DNA from: Phoronis australis
Taxonomy: Eukaryota > Animalia > Phoronida
NCBI GenBank assembly: GCA_002633005.1
Contig: NMRA01000043.1
Location: 338,018-402,017, forward strand
Reading direction: 5' to 3'
Length of the DNA: 64,000 nucleotides
Position numbers and translations under genes: made by a program. The notes beneath the pieces were generated by a model. It was given only the letters and a program-made list of their open reading frames with translations, did no database searches and was not told where the DNA came from. This document shows, piece by piece, positions 38,101-50,999 of the stretch. Position 1 is the first letter of the stretch; each line of letters starts with the position of its first letter.

Positions 38101-39000
38101 TGAAGTCGAGTGCGAACAATAGTACTGGTTTTGAACCATCGCCTGGTGTACTAGAGCACATAATGAAATAAGCAGTTGTACTGAAAGTACACTGTGCGAT
38201 ATAAGCCACTACTGAAACCAACAATATAAGTCCTGCTAGTGTATACCGACGAAAAAAATACAAGTACTGCAGCGAACAAGGCGCATGTCAGCCTAACGTA
38301 CTCAGGTAACACGTCATAATTTGTCTCTTATAATTACGCTCACCAGTAGATATATAATTCTACTTTGATCCGACTAGTCATGAAGGTATTAGATTCTTGT
38401 TCCCGCTCATGTAAATACCAGCAGCATTGTAACTCCTAACCTCAATTCGTGTCACTCATCTGTCATTGGTGTATAGAATGAATTCAAACCCACTAATTAA
38501 ACTATATTAGGATGAAAACCTTTTGAAATACCTTAGAATTAATCGTCATCAGGAAAATGCGGTTGTACATGAGAAATTTCCTTATTTTTGTCTACAAACT
38601 CGAAGCATTTATGTTCCAGGAGACCCACAAGTGGAATAGACATTACACATGTACATTACACATATTCATTGCACATGTTCATTACACATGTACATTACAC
38701 ATGTACATTCCACATATTCATTACACATGTACATTACACATGTACATTACACATGTACATTACACATGTACATTACACATGTACATTACACATATTCATT
38801 ACACATGTTTCTATCATGTCCATAGCCAGTGTAAACCTCCCTTTGACATGGTGATGGATTCTAGTTTAACGAATACTTACCACATTGTACAGTCCAATAG
38901 ATACGACAGATTTCTTTCTGTCATGAAGTACTACAAGACATCCTCCGCCTCTTCTGTCAGGGTCCCTCCCGTTTAGTCCTGGATCCGCAGTCATTGTCAT
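29131..39000 (-). CDS. Four-TM LAPTM/DUF4728-like membrane protein with C-terminal PPxY motifs (~246 aa, 7 exons)
   Basis: Exons 39000-38881, 35512-35440, 34342-34242, 33813-33706, 32987-32928, 31092-31012, 29328-29131; all GT-AG and in phase (741 nt). Reads ...SVVSIGLYNV|VISLVSLLFLAY...LVLVVGAIK|ENKYCMLPWL...|ELSGWEIFLLVFAVVRIVVQ|ITSFGLVLIH...FPPPYSDSPPTYDDVV. The frame is open upstream of the ATG, so the N-terminus may be longer. Confidence 0.78.
32113..33113. repeat. Near-identical direct duplication around an N at 32659 (probable assembly or haplotype artefact)
   Basis: 32114-32658 is repeated at 32660-33112, differing by a ~90-bp indel; it includes the 60-bp exon (32474-32533 and 32928-32987). 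Confidence 0.8.
35040..35196. repeat. 28-bp minisatellite, ~5 copies
   Basis: ATAAAACTGATTTAGACTAGTTACCGGG tandem units. Confidence 0.9.
35624..35800. repeat. (TAT/TAC)n microsatellite
   Basis: Degenerate trinucleotide run. Confidence 0.95.
36020..36150. repeat. Degenerate GCACAGTATAC tandem repeat
   Basis: Repeated (T)GCACAGTA(TA)CAC units. Confidence 0.8.
38641..38808. repeat. 13-bp minisatellite
   Basis: CATTACACATGTA, ~13 copies. Confidence 0.95.
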
Positions 39001-41552
39001 TTCGTTTTGTATTCTCGTAGTCCAAGAATAATCCTCTTTCCGCCAAATCTCTAAATGTGTAATTGATCACTGCGGGTGATATGAAGCCGTCCGTTGAAAA
39101 ACGCTTTAATCAAAAAACGAGCATCGCTCTCTCGAACTTTGTCCCCAAATATGTCACCGAACGCCGTGAATTCTTGTATTTAGCCACTGTACATTATTTG
39201 CTCCTCTCAGACTAACACCTGGTTTGAAAATGACTCGCTAGCACTTCCCCCACCTAGCCTGTGATGACTCGTGTATTATCAGCAAGGCGCATGCGTGAAC
39301 GCACCTTTGCAGTTGTGCATGCGAATAGATGAAAATTGATCGAACATTAATAAATGTGTGTCGTAAATAGGTAAACTTCGCGGCAAAACATTATAGATAA
39401 AACACTAAGCTCTGCTAATGGAACATGAACAGCATTTTATGATGACATATAAGCCTACTTAATTTCTATAATTTATGGTACTGTTGGATCTAAATGTGGA
39501 AAACGGTGCAAGTCGTACAATCGTATGTGTGGAAGGCTGTGCTTCTAAATCCGTTCTTAAAGCTGCACTTACTGCAGTCAAGAAACATGTTAATTAATCA
39601 TATCAAACGAATTCCTTGCTATGATAGCAACGGCTTCAACATTCAGTTGAAACAGGGTGTTGATCTGCAAAAAGTTGAAAGGCTGACCAACACTGTGATT
39701 TTTTTGGTGTTTTTACACGGGATGTTCCGAATGTTCTTCTTGCCAACGGAGTCCTTATCTGTGGCAAGACAGACCTCGAGACTAATACTGTTGGACATGC
39801 GTGATAAGTAATTTGGTTCTGCCTTTGTTATTTCAAAACATTAAACAGAAGGAAATGCAGATTCGTATTTCAACAAGGAAGTCGCAGCAATGCGCACTGT
39901 GCCACGTGTTGGTGTGACGTCACAAAAGGAACACAAGTGCACGTAGTCAGAATACAGAAATAAAAAAATGTCATGTTGTGAATTTTTTCCATTCGAAGGA
40001 AATCAGTAATTTAGTATAGACATTTGAATTAGATTTAGGATTCAACAACAAAATTGAACAAAGGTTATTGCGCACAGAAAGAGAGCATGTAACACTCGTG
40101 CGTATAGTTGTTATTCAGTTGTAGAGCAGAGTGCTCGTATGGCGCCACACAAAGAGGGTACAATTTTATTTATTCACAAATTGGACTTTGCGATAAATAG
40201 ATTTAAGATAAAAATAAACTAGTATGAACTTTCCAGACAGTAACCATACAGTCACTTTAAAATAAAGATATCAGCCGTGTTACCCTGAGGGTTGAAATTG
40301 AACACTGCTTTCGTTGTGTTTAGTATGATATGAACATCATGATCGGGGCAAGAATTTTATTTTCTTACACAATGCAGACGTCATGTGCTTTATATTCTTA
40401 CAAAAGCAAGTTGTATAATGCAACATCTGTACTATTAATCTCTGAGGCTATCGTTTGTCCAATGAGTCAGTCTGTCTTACACAAATGATGTGCAGAAATG
40501 CTGTTCTTAATATTCGGGTAAAATACGTCACTGCTTTTCTTAGAATCGTGATAAACCGAACACCTGCTGATGGCAGACATTTATGTTTATTTTTATGTGT
40601 TTTTCAATTGTGCAATGTTTGTTCGAAGCTCCAAACAAACTTTCATAAATCTGGATGCACTTCTAAAAAAAATCTGCAATTTCATTGACTTCATACAAAT
40701 ATTAATTTAAACAACTCAGTCAAAACTGGATTTACCTGGTTGAAAGCGTTGGTGTTCATGGCTGAATTTGGAGCACCCCTGCATTTCAATCTGTGGCACC
40801 ACTCATATGTGTGCGGCAATGACTGTCATGTAACGTGTCACGTTTGAATTTCAGTTTTGTTTAAAATCCTCTAGCAGACCGATTCTGTTTTTGTCCTGTT
40901 CTGTTTTCAGACTGTTTGCGCGCAATCATATTGACCAACACAGGCTAGGAACCGAAGCAAAAAACTCTTCAAACGAAGTGAGAAAACAAATATTTCTTGT
41001 CTGCCTCGAAAAAAGTTTGTTTCAAAGAATTCATCAACGTGAGTGATTATTTGCTGAAAACAAAATAGCCGTAAATAACATGAGCATTTGTTTAGCTGTG
41101 CATACTTTTGTACAACATGGATGCATTACTTGTTTGATAGTTTAAACTCAAAATGGAAAAATGTTAAAGACAAAGAAGTGCAATATAACGCCGGACTAGG
41201 AGGAATATGAACGTGTCGACCAGATTGTGCTAACATTGGAAAACGAAAAAGCGAGACATCTTGATGTAAGCAAGCACAAATGTCCACCGAAACACGCAGA
41301 CATTGCGATCGTGTTTATTTTAGTGATGCCTGTAAAAGTGAACTGGGAAATAGGGGTATATTGTGAGGCAATGCATAAAAATGCGATAATGCTAAATTCC
41401 CCGCGCGTGCCAAAAAGAAGAATATTCTGATGCTGTCTATCGGGACGCGTGACAATCCTTCAAGAAGTGGGACCGTTCCGCCAAAAGCCTTACAGTTACC
41501 AGAAATGTCCGTACGTCGTGGCTTGTGATAATCGAAACACAATAGCTCAAGA

Positions 41553-42197
41553 TAGTCAAGATTAGCTTCAAATATAATCAAGACTAGCACCCAATATAGT
41601 CAAGACTAACACCCAATATAGTCAAGAATCGAACCCAATATAGTCAAGACTAGCACCCAATATAGTCAAGACTGGCAAACAGTATAGTCAAGACTAGCAC
41701 CCAATATAGTCAAGGCTAGCACCTAATATAGTCAAGACTAGCACCTAATATAGTCAAGACTAGCACCCAATATAGTCAACACTAGCACCCAATATAGTCA
41801 TGGCTAGCACCCAATGTAGTCAAGATTAGCATCCAGTATAGTCAAGATTAGCATCCAGTATAGTCAAGACTAGCACCCAGTATAGTCAAGACCAGCACCC
41901 AATATAGTCAAGACTAGCACCCAGTATTATTCAGGACTAGCACTTAATATAGTCAAGACTAGCTAGCACCCAGTGTAGTCAAGACTAACACCCAATATAG
42001 TCAAGACTATTACCCAATATACTCAAGACTAGCACCCAATATAGTCAAGACTATTACCCAATATACTCAAGACTAGCACCCAGTATAGTCAAGACTAGCA
42101 CCTAATATAGTCAAGACTAGCACCCAGTGTAGTCAAGACTAGCACTTAATACTAGCACCCAATATAGTCAAGACTCAGTAGCACCCAATATAGTCAG
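41553..42197. repeat. 22-bp minisatellite, ~29 copies
   Basis: ATATAGTCAAGACTAGCACCCA head-to-tail with point variants and no spacers. Confidence 0.95.
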
Positions 42198-42520
42198 TAT
42201 AATCATTCAGATTGTCCCATTATGCTTGAATGCTCATATTTAAGGGAAAGTCAGTGGAGGAGTTTTGTTTTTTCAAAATTACGAAGTTTTCTGTGTTCAC
42301 GTTTCGTAAAGGACGAACTACTTTCAAAACGGCCAGCCATCAAACTACCTTCACCACGGTCAGCCATCAAACAGTACATGCGTCTGAGACTGAAATTTGA
42401 TAATTTAATTGCTTGTCTGTGTGGGATTCAACGTGAAGTTATTAATATCTCCAGTGACAGCTTTCATGTCACGTTTTCCTCCAGAGAACAGTCTATAAAG
42501 TCAGCCTGTCATAAATAACT

Positions 42521-43472
42521 TTATTTGCTGAGACGTGGAATTCTAGTTGGGATCAAGGTGCAGTTAAGACACATACAAAGCCCTCTCAGCTCTAAAGTCA
42601 GTTGTTTAATATATACAACATTCCAATTTTAGTGCCATAGTTGAGACATCTACAAATTTTCCAATGTTTTATAGTTGTTTGATGTATGTAAAATTCCATT
42701 AAAGTGCCCTTGTTTCCAATGATTTTATATTTTCAAAGCGTATGTGTCGTGTCCAGACAGATCCCAAGTATATTTTCTCGGCCTCGGATAAACAACGTAC
42801 ACGCGTAGTTGACTGAGCAGCTTATATTCAGAAATGAGTGTGCTGCATTTTGTGTTACTTAAAAGGGAACTGTATTTTATTCTGAATAAATTCTGGATAG
42901 TTTTCTATGAATTGTTGATTAATTTCACAAATAATTCAACACCAAAAATTAAACTTATGTTCTCTAACGAAGCTCGAAAAAATACCGGCTTGGAGCGCTG
43001 CTTAGTCTCGTGACGTATTTGGCGGGGGCAAAGTCACTGTCCTGTGTTAGCGTGCAATCAAGTAGCGTTTTTTATATTGTCGGAATAAGAAATTTTAGTG
43101 TGAAATTTCGGGTCACAAGGGATACCTGTTTNTATTTGCTGAGACGTGGAATTCTAGTTGGGATCAAGGTGCAGTTAAGACACATACAAAGCCCTCTCAG
43201 CTCTAAAGTCAGTTGTTTAATATATACAACATTCCAATTTTAGTGCCGTAGTTGAGACATCAACAAATTTTCCAATGTTTTATAGTTGCTTGATGTATGT
43301 AAAATTCCATTAAAGTGCCCTTGTTTCCAATGATTTTATATTTTCAAAGCGTATGTGTCGTGTCCAGCCAGATCCCAAGTATATTTTCTCGGCCTCGGAT
43401 AAACAACGTACACGCGTAGTTGACTGAGCAGCTTATATTCAGAAATGAGTGTGCTGCATTTTGTGTTACTTA
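42521..43472. repeat. ~340-bp near-identical direct duplication beside an N at 43132 (probable assembly artefact)
   Basis: 42521-42862 matches 43133-43472 almost exactly; the second copy starts right after the N. Confidence 0.8.
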
Positions 43473-46359
43473 ATTGTAGTCATTTTTCTTTTAGAGTTCT
43501 CATAGGTCAATTCTCAAATATCCATTTGTGATATGGGAGGATACGGATTTGATGATTATTTAAAACGGCATTCTGTTTTTTTTTTTTTGCAGTAATGTTT
43601 TGAGAGACAGATAGTCCAACCTACAGTTTTAAACCCGACCAAAAAGCTGATTAAATCATTCAAAATCATTGGCTTTGCTCCTCTGTCGCCATTCCACGGC
43701 TCCGAAATCTGCATTTCTGCGTACATACAAACTTCGTGGAATTTAAACACATAATTTATAAAAAAAAATTCGAAGTAGTGGCGACAAATTCGAGTACAAA
43801 AAATCCCATATAGCATTGGTTGTATGGCTCATCCCATATAGCATTGGTTGTATGGCTCGTTGTTGTAAACCTAGAGAATGTTACACTCCATGCCATCGAA
43901 ATTTGGAGGAGAAATAGGCCTATCTTGTATCATAGAAAACAACTTGTCAGTGATTTAGACTACTGAGGGTTATGAAACTGGCCAAAAATTATACATTAAT
44001 TGAATATTGGAGGTGATTTGAGGGCTTCGAACGAACTCACAGTTCGCTCACAAAATTTCAGGACACGGAGTGGCTTGAAAATTTATGAGCTTGATCTAAA
44101 AAAGAAGATCTACAAAATCCTTCCCAAACCCAAACATCACCTCTAAGGAACAAATTAAGGTACCTGTTTTATAACGGGAAGTGGCACAAATGAGGAAAAT
44201 TTGGTATTTGACAGAAGAAGCAGCGGCAGCCTTCTTTTACAAATACTAGGCGCCATGCTTTCTATTGGGCCCTGCAGCACATCTCATTGTAGTTGTCGAG
44301 AGTGCACTTGGAAAGCTGCCAAAAATTCACCAACTCGGGGAAAGATCAAACACGGCGATAGTAGACTACAAACTAAAACGCGTCTCTTGTCAATATTTTC
44401 TTTCACATAACAGCCCACAGCCCTGTTTCCTCATTCTCTTTGACAATAGAACGTCTATCGTGTATAGTTCTCACCTTGCTATTTCGGGTAACACGGAAAC
44501 CGTGCAACTCAACCTGTTACACACTCATTGTGTATTGGTAGAGAAGATCGAGTTATATTGATCAGAGAATGGGCGGCTGGTCACCGACAATACGCCATAA
44601 CCAACAAAGGCATTCTCTTCGCTTTCACGAGCAGGAAAAGTGCCAACAATATGTATACCGTTGATCAAATAATATACTTGAGACACTTCCGTGAAAAGGT
44701 CAAGAGACACAACAATTTGAAGTGTTTAAATATCAACATTTCTGGTCTCTTCTGAAAGGCCAATCTCTCTAGATTCAGGACCCGCATTTGAATATCCTAT
44801 AACTTTCAATTCTTAGTTACGTGGATCTATGTTGGGGTCATGTGACCCTAAAGTCACCCCATCTTTTGCATGTGTTTCGAATTCTTAAAACTGATTAGCA
44901 AATTATGTAGGCCGAATGCGCACTTGGTGACCCCAAGATTAGAGCTACAGACTCGAACGTATAACTTTAACGCTGGGGCAAAATATGATTACACAGTCAT
45001 CCACGTAAAAATAATATACTGAGATCCTTATCTTGATTTTACAATGTTAAAAATAATTCTGAGTTCGATTTCGAATAAAAAGATTAGATCGGGTCCTCAA
45101 GAATGGTGTGACAGAGGTAGGTCAAATGCGTATGTCTGTCACACTAGGAAGATACGAACAAAGTAATGACTTCCTGGTCACATGCAATTCATAGCCAATG
45201 AAAACATGTTTAGTAGTCTTTTTTTACTTAGCAGACATACAGGGATAAAGAGGTAAAAGATTTCTGAGACAATTATAAAATCAAGTCAATAAGTTGCAGC
45301 GGATTTTCAAAAATCTAAATGCATTGGACTTTCTCAGCAGTGTTTGGTGAAACATTTTGCATTACAGTCAGCTCTACACATAGTAGATTGTAACTTATTA
45401 TAATTAGACATTAATTTTGACCACATTCTTGCTTTAAATGAAACAAACTACATTTTAATGGACACATCGCTTGTTTTTGTGTTGCTGACCCATATTTGTA
45501 AATATAGCCTTAGTTTTAAGAAAATGGCAGACGAAAAGTTTTCAACAAAAATTTCTGACATGCCTTAGAGCTAAAAATAATAAGAGCCCTGAAAATGCAT
45601 AGAATTGATACATGTTAACTTAATGTTTAGGGAGAATCAAGGAATCATTTCTAGTCAAACCTGCAAAGCCATGTTTACCACATAAGCTTGGCTAGGGTGT
45701 ATTTAGATTGGAAAAGATATCAGCTTCATTGTAAATATTTAATCAATTGTAAGACCTCTATAGCTTTTATATATACTGAATAGATATCTCAGCCTAAGCG
45801 AATGTATAAAAACAGGAAATTCAGAGCGTAGGCCCATCACACTAATCCAACTTACATAGCGCGAGGCATCATGAATAAAGTTGTGTTTGACTTCACAAAC
45901 ATTTCACTAAATCATCACATAAAAATGTAACCTTTTACAATTCGCCGAAAATTGAAGGTAAAAAGACATTTAAAAAATCCTTAATCTACATATGTGCGTC
46001 ACACTCCTTAAGGACAAATTTCAAGGCACAGGTGAGATAAGACAAAAATAGATGGATGCGTTGAAAGATTCCAAGAACACTTAACTATTGATGTATTATA
46101 TTTCTAGACTGAAACAATTTTTCACTATTGATCCAAATGTTCTCTGATTGCAGTGGGCCATATTATTATTCAAAAACAATGTTCAGTTGAGCATTCATGT
46201 CCCATCTCAGGTGATCACATGTACAGATAATTCTGAATATCACATCCTCTGGCAATGTTCTACTCCAGTGGTTTCTTTCTCACTAGAAGTTCAAAGTTTT
46301 GACACCCCTCAATTTGTGTTAATACATCCTCTCTGGAGTTAGTTAGTAATATGAAACGC

Positions 46360-47080
46360 TAGGTGTTTTTCTTGATAGACATATTACTTGGGACACGCAC
46401 CTGTCCTCTGTTCTAAGTGTCTCGGAATGCTGAATTAAAGATTATTTTAATAAGAAATATTTTGGATTTAGACTGTCTAAATCTGTTGTTCTTAGCCTTA
46501 GTTTTGCCACGTTTCGACTAGTACTATGTTGCCACTTTAGAATAGTACTATGTTGCATGGGCATCTGGTAATAACGGTCTCAAATCCAGTTAACAAAGCT
46601 TGCAAGCAAAATTCGGCTGCACGAATTATTTTGCAGGAAAATAAATATGCAAGTATTAACTGCACATTGGACTAGCTCAAATTGGATGTGCTTAGAGATT
46701 ACCATACATTTTTAGCAAGTGTCTCCATGGCTTGGCACCTAAATATCTTTGTGATAAAATAAATTAGCATGCTAGGTTCACAACAGACAATAGGTCTTAT
46801 AGTGACAAAGGCCATTATCTATACCATAACTAACTTAAGGAAACACACCCTTTTCACTCCGATGCCCTGCCATGGCTCAATTTCGACTCTGACGCTGATC
46901 AAAGCAGTTCTATTGATAGTTTCAAGTCCAGGTACCTGGGTAATATTATAATACTCGTATATTTAATTGTGTATTGTAAATGGAAGGGTCAACCCTGACA
47001 GTTCTTGATTATTTTATTACCCCTCACTATAGTTTTGGCGACTGTGTGCGCTTTCAAGTTCTAAACACAAATAAGCTTAT
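46360..47080 (+). pseudogene. Decayed LINE (CR1/L2-like) ORF2 3' fragment
   Basis: Interrupted remnants such as SLVLPRFD* and AARIILQ, typical of the post-RT region; many stops and frameshifts. Confidence 0.4.
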
Positions 47081-47878
47081 TGATATGCTAAACATCCCGC
47101 ATCTAGTGTAAGAAAGATGCAGAGCTCATGATCATTCATTGTTAATCCGTTGTGTCCAGCTTGATAACGCGCTTGGTGAGAAGAATGAGACAAGCCTTAT
47201 GGGAATGCACAATTAACTTCATCGTGGACATTAATGTGCCAGAACAAAAAGAATTTTTGAAACGTAAATGGAATAGTGCAATTAAGAAAGTATTTAGAAA
47301 AGTGTTTAAAAATTCCCAAATCAATTATGACAAGCTTTTGAGAAAAACTAAAGAGCTTATTTATAACAAAAGCTTAATGGAAGAGATCGAAAATTATAAT
47401 ACTGAAAATCCTCAGGTAAGCCGGGATCATATCAAGAAAGTTAGTCCAAGAATTAATAAAAATTGTACCTTTCGAGGTTTATGATGAACATAATTCAGTT
47501 TGCACGAATCTGAATTTTGTACGTAATAATCCTCATCACTCCCTTTACTCAGATTTTGTTCCTGAATTTTCCTTTGATGATGAATTTTTTAAGAATATTT
47601 TACAAGCCAAAGAATACATTGAAATTTTAATGTCGTCCCCTGATTACATATGCAATGACGAATTGAACTCTGGCATTAATGTGCAAGCAGTTTAGAGAAT
47701 CATGTCCAAGGTAAAGCCTAACAAAGCGATGGATAATGACCATATCCAAAATGAATTGGTGGTGGCTGCCTTACATTAAGTATTTCATTCTTCCGCAGTA
47801 TGACCTCTCAGTGTGTTTGAAATGGTGACTTATAAGCCCAAGTTGTGACTGGGTAGCAATTACTACAGGTCACTAAAA

Positions 47879-47912
<34 letters not shown>

Positions 47913-47920
47913 ATTGATTG
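47879..47920. repeat. (TGAT)n microsatellite
   Basis: Direct reading. Confidence 0.9.
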
Positions 47921-48559
47921 TAGTCTTTCGTTCATTGTGTCAAACTTCTTTTTGTTACTTTCATTGTATGTGTTAACTAATTCTTTTTTACCATCTTCTT
48001 GACTACATTTTTAACTTTCTTACTCGGCATCAGGAGCCTATGAGAGACCGGTAGTATTAGTGAATAGGTTTTATCCTGTATTAAAATTCTTACAAATGCA
48101 CAAACACTTCAAGGCCAACTCATCCTAATGAAGATAGACCAAAGGTCACATTCGGTCTATAACACTTGTAGTTACGACAAAAAATTGTGGCCCCATGAAG
48201 ATACCACTATCATCAGAACCGGTTTATGCATCATTTATTGGATGAACCACAGCAAAAATACCTTGTTAAAAATGAGCAAAAATATTAAAATCGCGTGTAA
48301 AACCACGGATTTTCTTCTTGGTCAGAAACGGCTGTCCAAAAAGTGGCACGCAACCAAACCAACAACACCGCCGTGACCTGTACAAGACCAATGATGCAAG
48401 ACATTCCTTAGTAGCAAAGTGAAGCGTCTTGATTTAATTCTGTGGTTCTTCTTCTTCTTCCGAAATTCAACAAGCGATCGAAATACCGGTCCTTATATGT
48501 TGGCACATGTTAGGGATAAATTTGAACTGTGCATAACTGTGTAAATAACAACAAAACAA

Positions 48560-49630
48560 AGAGCTGGTTAGTGCCAGGATAAAAACAAGTTTTATAATTT
48601 TCTTAGTGAGGTTGATGTTTGGGATGTGACTCGCGAAAATCTCTATGATTTTTGATGAGATGGCATGTTGTGGGAGACTATTCCAAAGTAAAATAGATGG
48701 GAAGAAAGAGTTCGCGTAGTACGTTCTCTTCATGGTATGAGAGTGGGAATTACGTGAACTAGAAATATTTGTGTGAGGAATGGCAACCAGGCTGTGCACG
48801 GTCTTGTACACGAGTCTGTTTTGAGCACGTCTTGAGTGGGTCATTTGAGAGTGGAGAGAATAGACATAACAGAGGAGTATCTTGAATGGTCATTTAGGAC
48901 GAACCTGGCTGCTTTACGCTGTATTCTTTCTATCTTGTCAATTTTGGCATGTGCGCACCCAGGGACGAGCCCCCACCTCCCATTTGTTAGCAAACGGTCC
49001 ACTTTATCAAAGATTCGAGCCCCCCATATTAAAGGCTGTGTGCGCGCATGATTAGAAAATGGGAGGGATCCCAGACAGAGGAGGAATGTTCAAGTTTTTG
49101 CCTCTCTTGTGAAGCCTAGGCCAACGCTTTTGTTTCGCGAGGTGCATTTTTGAGGTTTAGCTTAATGAAGCCAAGAATTGTTTGCCTTAGAGGTGATTTT
49201 GTCTATGTGAGTGTTCCATGATAAATTATTGCTAAGAGTGACTCTGCTCAGATTGACTCCAAGGTATGGTGCTTGATTTAAGCATTTGAGCGATGCGTTG
49301 TGAAGACTGTAATTGTATATTATGGGGGAACGTTTTCTGTGGACAGGTAGGAAACATTGAAACCCATTTCCCAGGAATTTCCCTAGCAGACTAGGGGTCT
49401 AAGTGTTTTTGGAGTATTTGGCAATCACGGGGAATAAATAGGTCCATAGAGGACTGCATCAGCAAAAAGAAGGACATTTGTAATGAAGTCAGGAAGATCA
49501 CTAACATAAAGTATTTTAATACTTTACTCATAAAAGACTGCAGGACCAAGGACAGAGCCCTGGAGCACCCCAGATTGTACTGAAGAATTTGAGAACTCGC
49601 CATTAGCGGTGACTCTCTGTGTTCTATCTT
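48560..49630 (-). pseudogene. Decayed LINE reverse transcriptase fragment (CR1-group-like)
   Basis: Remnants TQRVTANGEFS..SGVLQGSVLGP, YLGV, HIDKITSKAN..LGFI, and YYANSFFP..WNSLP (ORF 48467..48844); disrupted. Confidence 0.7.
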
Positions 49631-50999
49631 AGAGAAAGGAAGGTTGAAGTTAAACTGAAACAGATGACAGTGAAAAAGTTTTTAAAAATTTTTCCAAAGA
49701 AAAGTTAGTGGCAATGTTCCCTTTTTGTAACTTTTCAAATTAAAATTCACTGATCTTCATAGCATCTTCTCCAATTTGTAGAATTTCAAAACAAATCCCT
49801 ACGAAATGTGGAATCACAGGTCCCCTTCTCTAGCTAGTGTAATAAAGTAGCAAAAATGAAACAACACAAGTTTTGCAGTAAAAATCAAACTTTTTAATGC
49901 ATCAAATGATAAAATCTGTAGAGTAAGTGAGCTCAATCTTCCCATTCAAAGAGTCAAGCCACACAGACAATACTATTTCACCCAGATGTTTCATATGTGC
50001 CAGTATTTTAATGAAAACACCAAGTTCCGAAAATGCATATACTGCTAACAGAAACAGCCATTTGAACAGCAATTTCTATAACTGCAGTTTCCATAGCAAC
50101 TAACCGAGCCTTAATCGTCACGTTACTTAAGCCGGTGCAGTAGTTCACCCTTACTCTCAGTCTTGGCTGAACAACACATAGAAAGCAAGTTCACTAAAAA
50201 ACTTACAAAAGTTACACAAAACAACCAAATATTAAACAAGCCTAGTCATGACAGGTCAAATGTAAATAAATAAGGGGACACATTAGGATTAGTACAAGTA
50301 AGACCAGTGCCCAGATTTTCCTCATCAAGGAAACTGGTTTGTGCTACAGCCCAAAGTGAAAACTTAGCCAAGAATGCAAGAGAATACGATCAGAACTGAA
50401 CAAAAAATACAAGCACTCAATGGCACTAGGTTAAAATTTAAAAGTTAACCTATAAATTAAGTACATGTTCCATCAGTTTCAATATACCATAGTGTAAAAA
50501 CGTATTATCTATGAAACTGTTTGCTGCTAAATGGACAACTATAAGATAGTTGCCAACTGATAAAGTATTGCACATACAATGCATTGCTTTTATTTAGGCA
50601 GCAAGCATCAATAAGTTTCATCAAACCAATAAGGGGATAAGTTTGTAAGAGAATATTCATTGAGACCATTACTCAAAAAATAGTACCTTTCAAGACAACT
50701 AAGCAACTGATTGTCGTCAACCATTCTTCTAAAGTTGTAACTTGACCATTTCAACTCTTCAAAAAGAATGGTCGAAAACATGTTACATGTTGTTCCAAGA
50801 CGAGCTAACAGCTGAACTGACTCGGTAAAATTCAAAGCAATGAGCGTTACAGAGAAGCCTAAGAAAGCCTTTAACTGACATCAAGTCAACTTGTGACCTC
50901 ACGTCACCAGAGTCACACACACCAACACACCAAAACAGTTTCCTGAAACACCATCATTAATCTGTCAAGTTGCTCGTCCTTGTTGTGTCATGCCATGCT

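Noticed and set aside
38557-38976. 139-aa His/Thr/Tyr repeat ORF
   Set aside because: Produced by the 13-bp CATTACACATGTA minisatellite and lies antisense to a real exon.
41553-42197. CRISPR-like regular array
   Set aside because: Units are head-to-tail with no unique spacers, there are no cas genes, and the context is eukaryotic; it is a minisatellite.
42521-43472. Segmental duplication of possible biological meaning
   Set aside because: Near-identical copy starting exactly at an N; typical scaffolding overlap.
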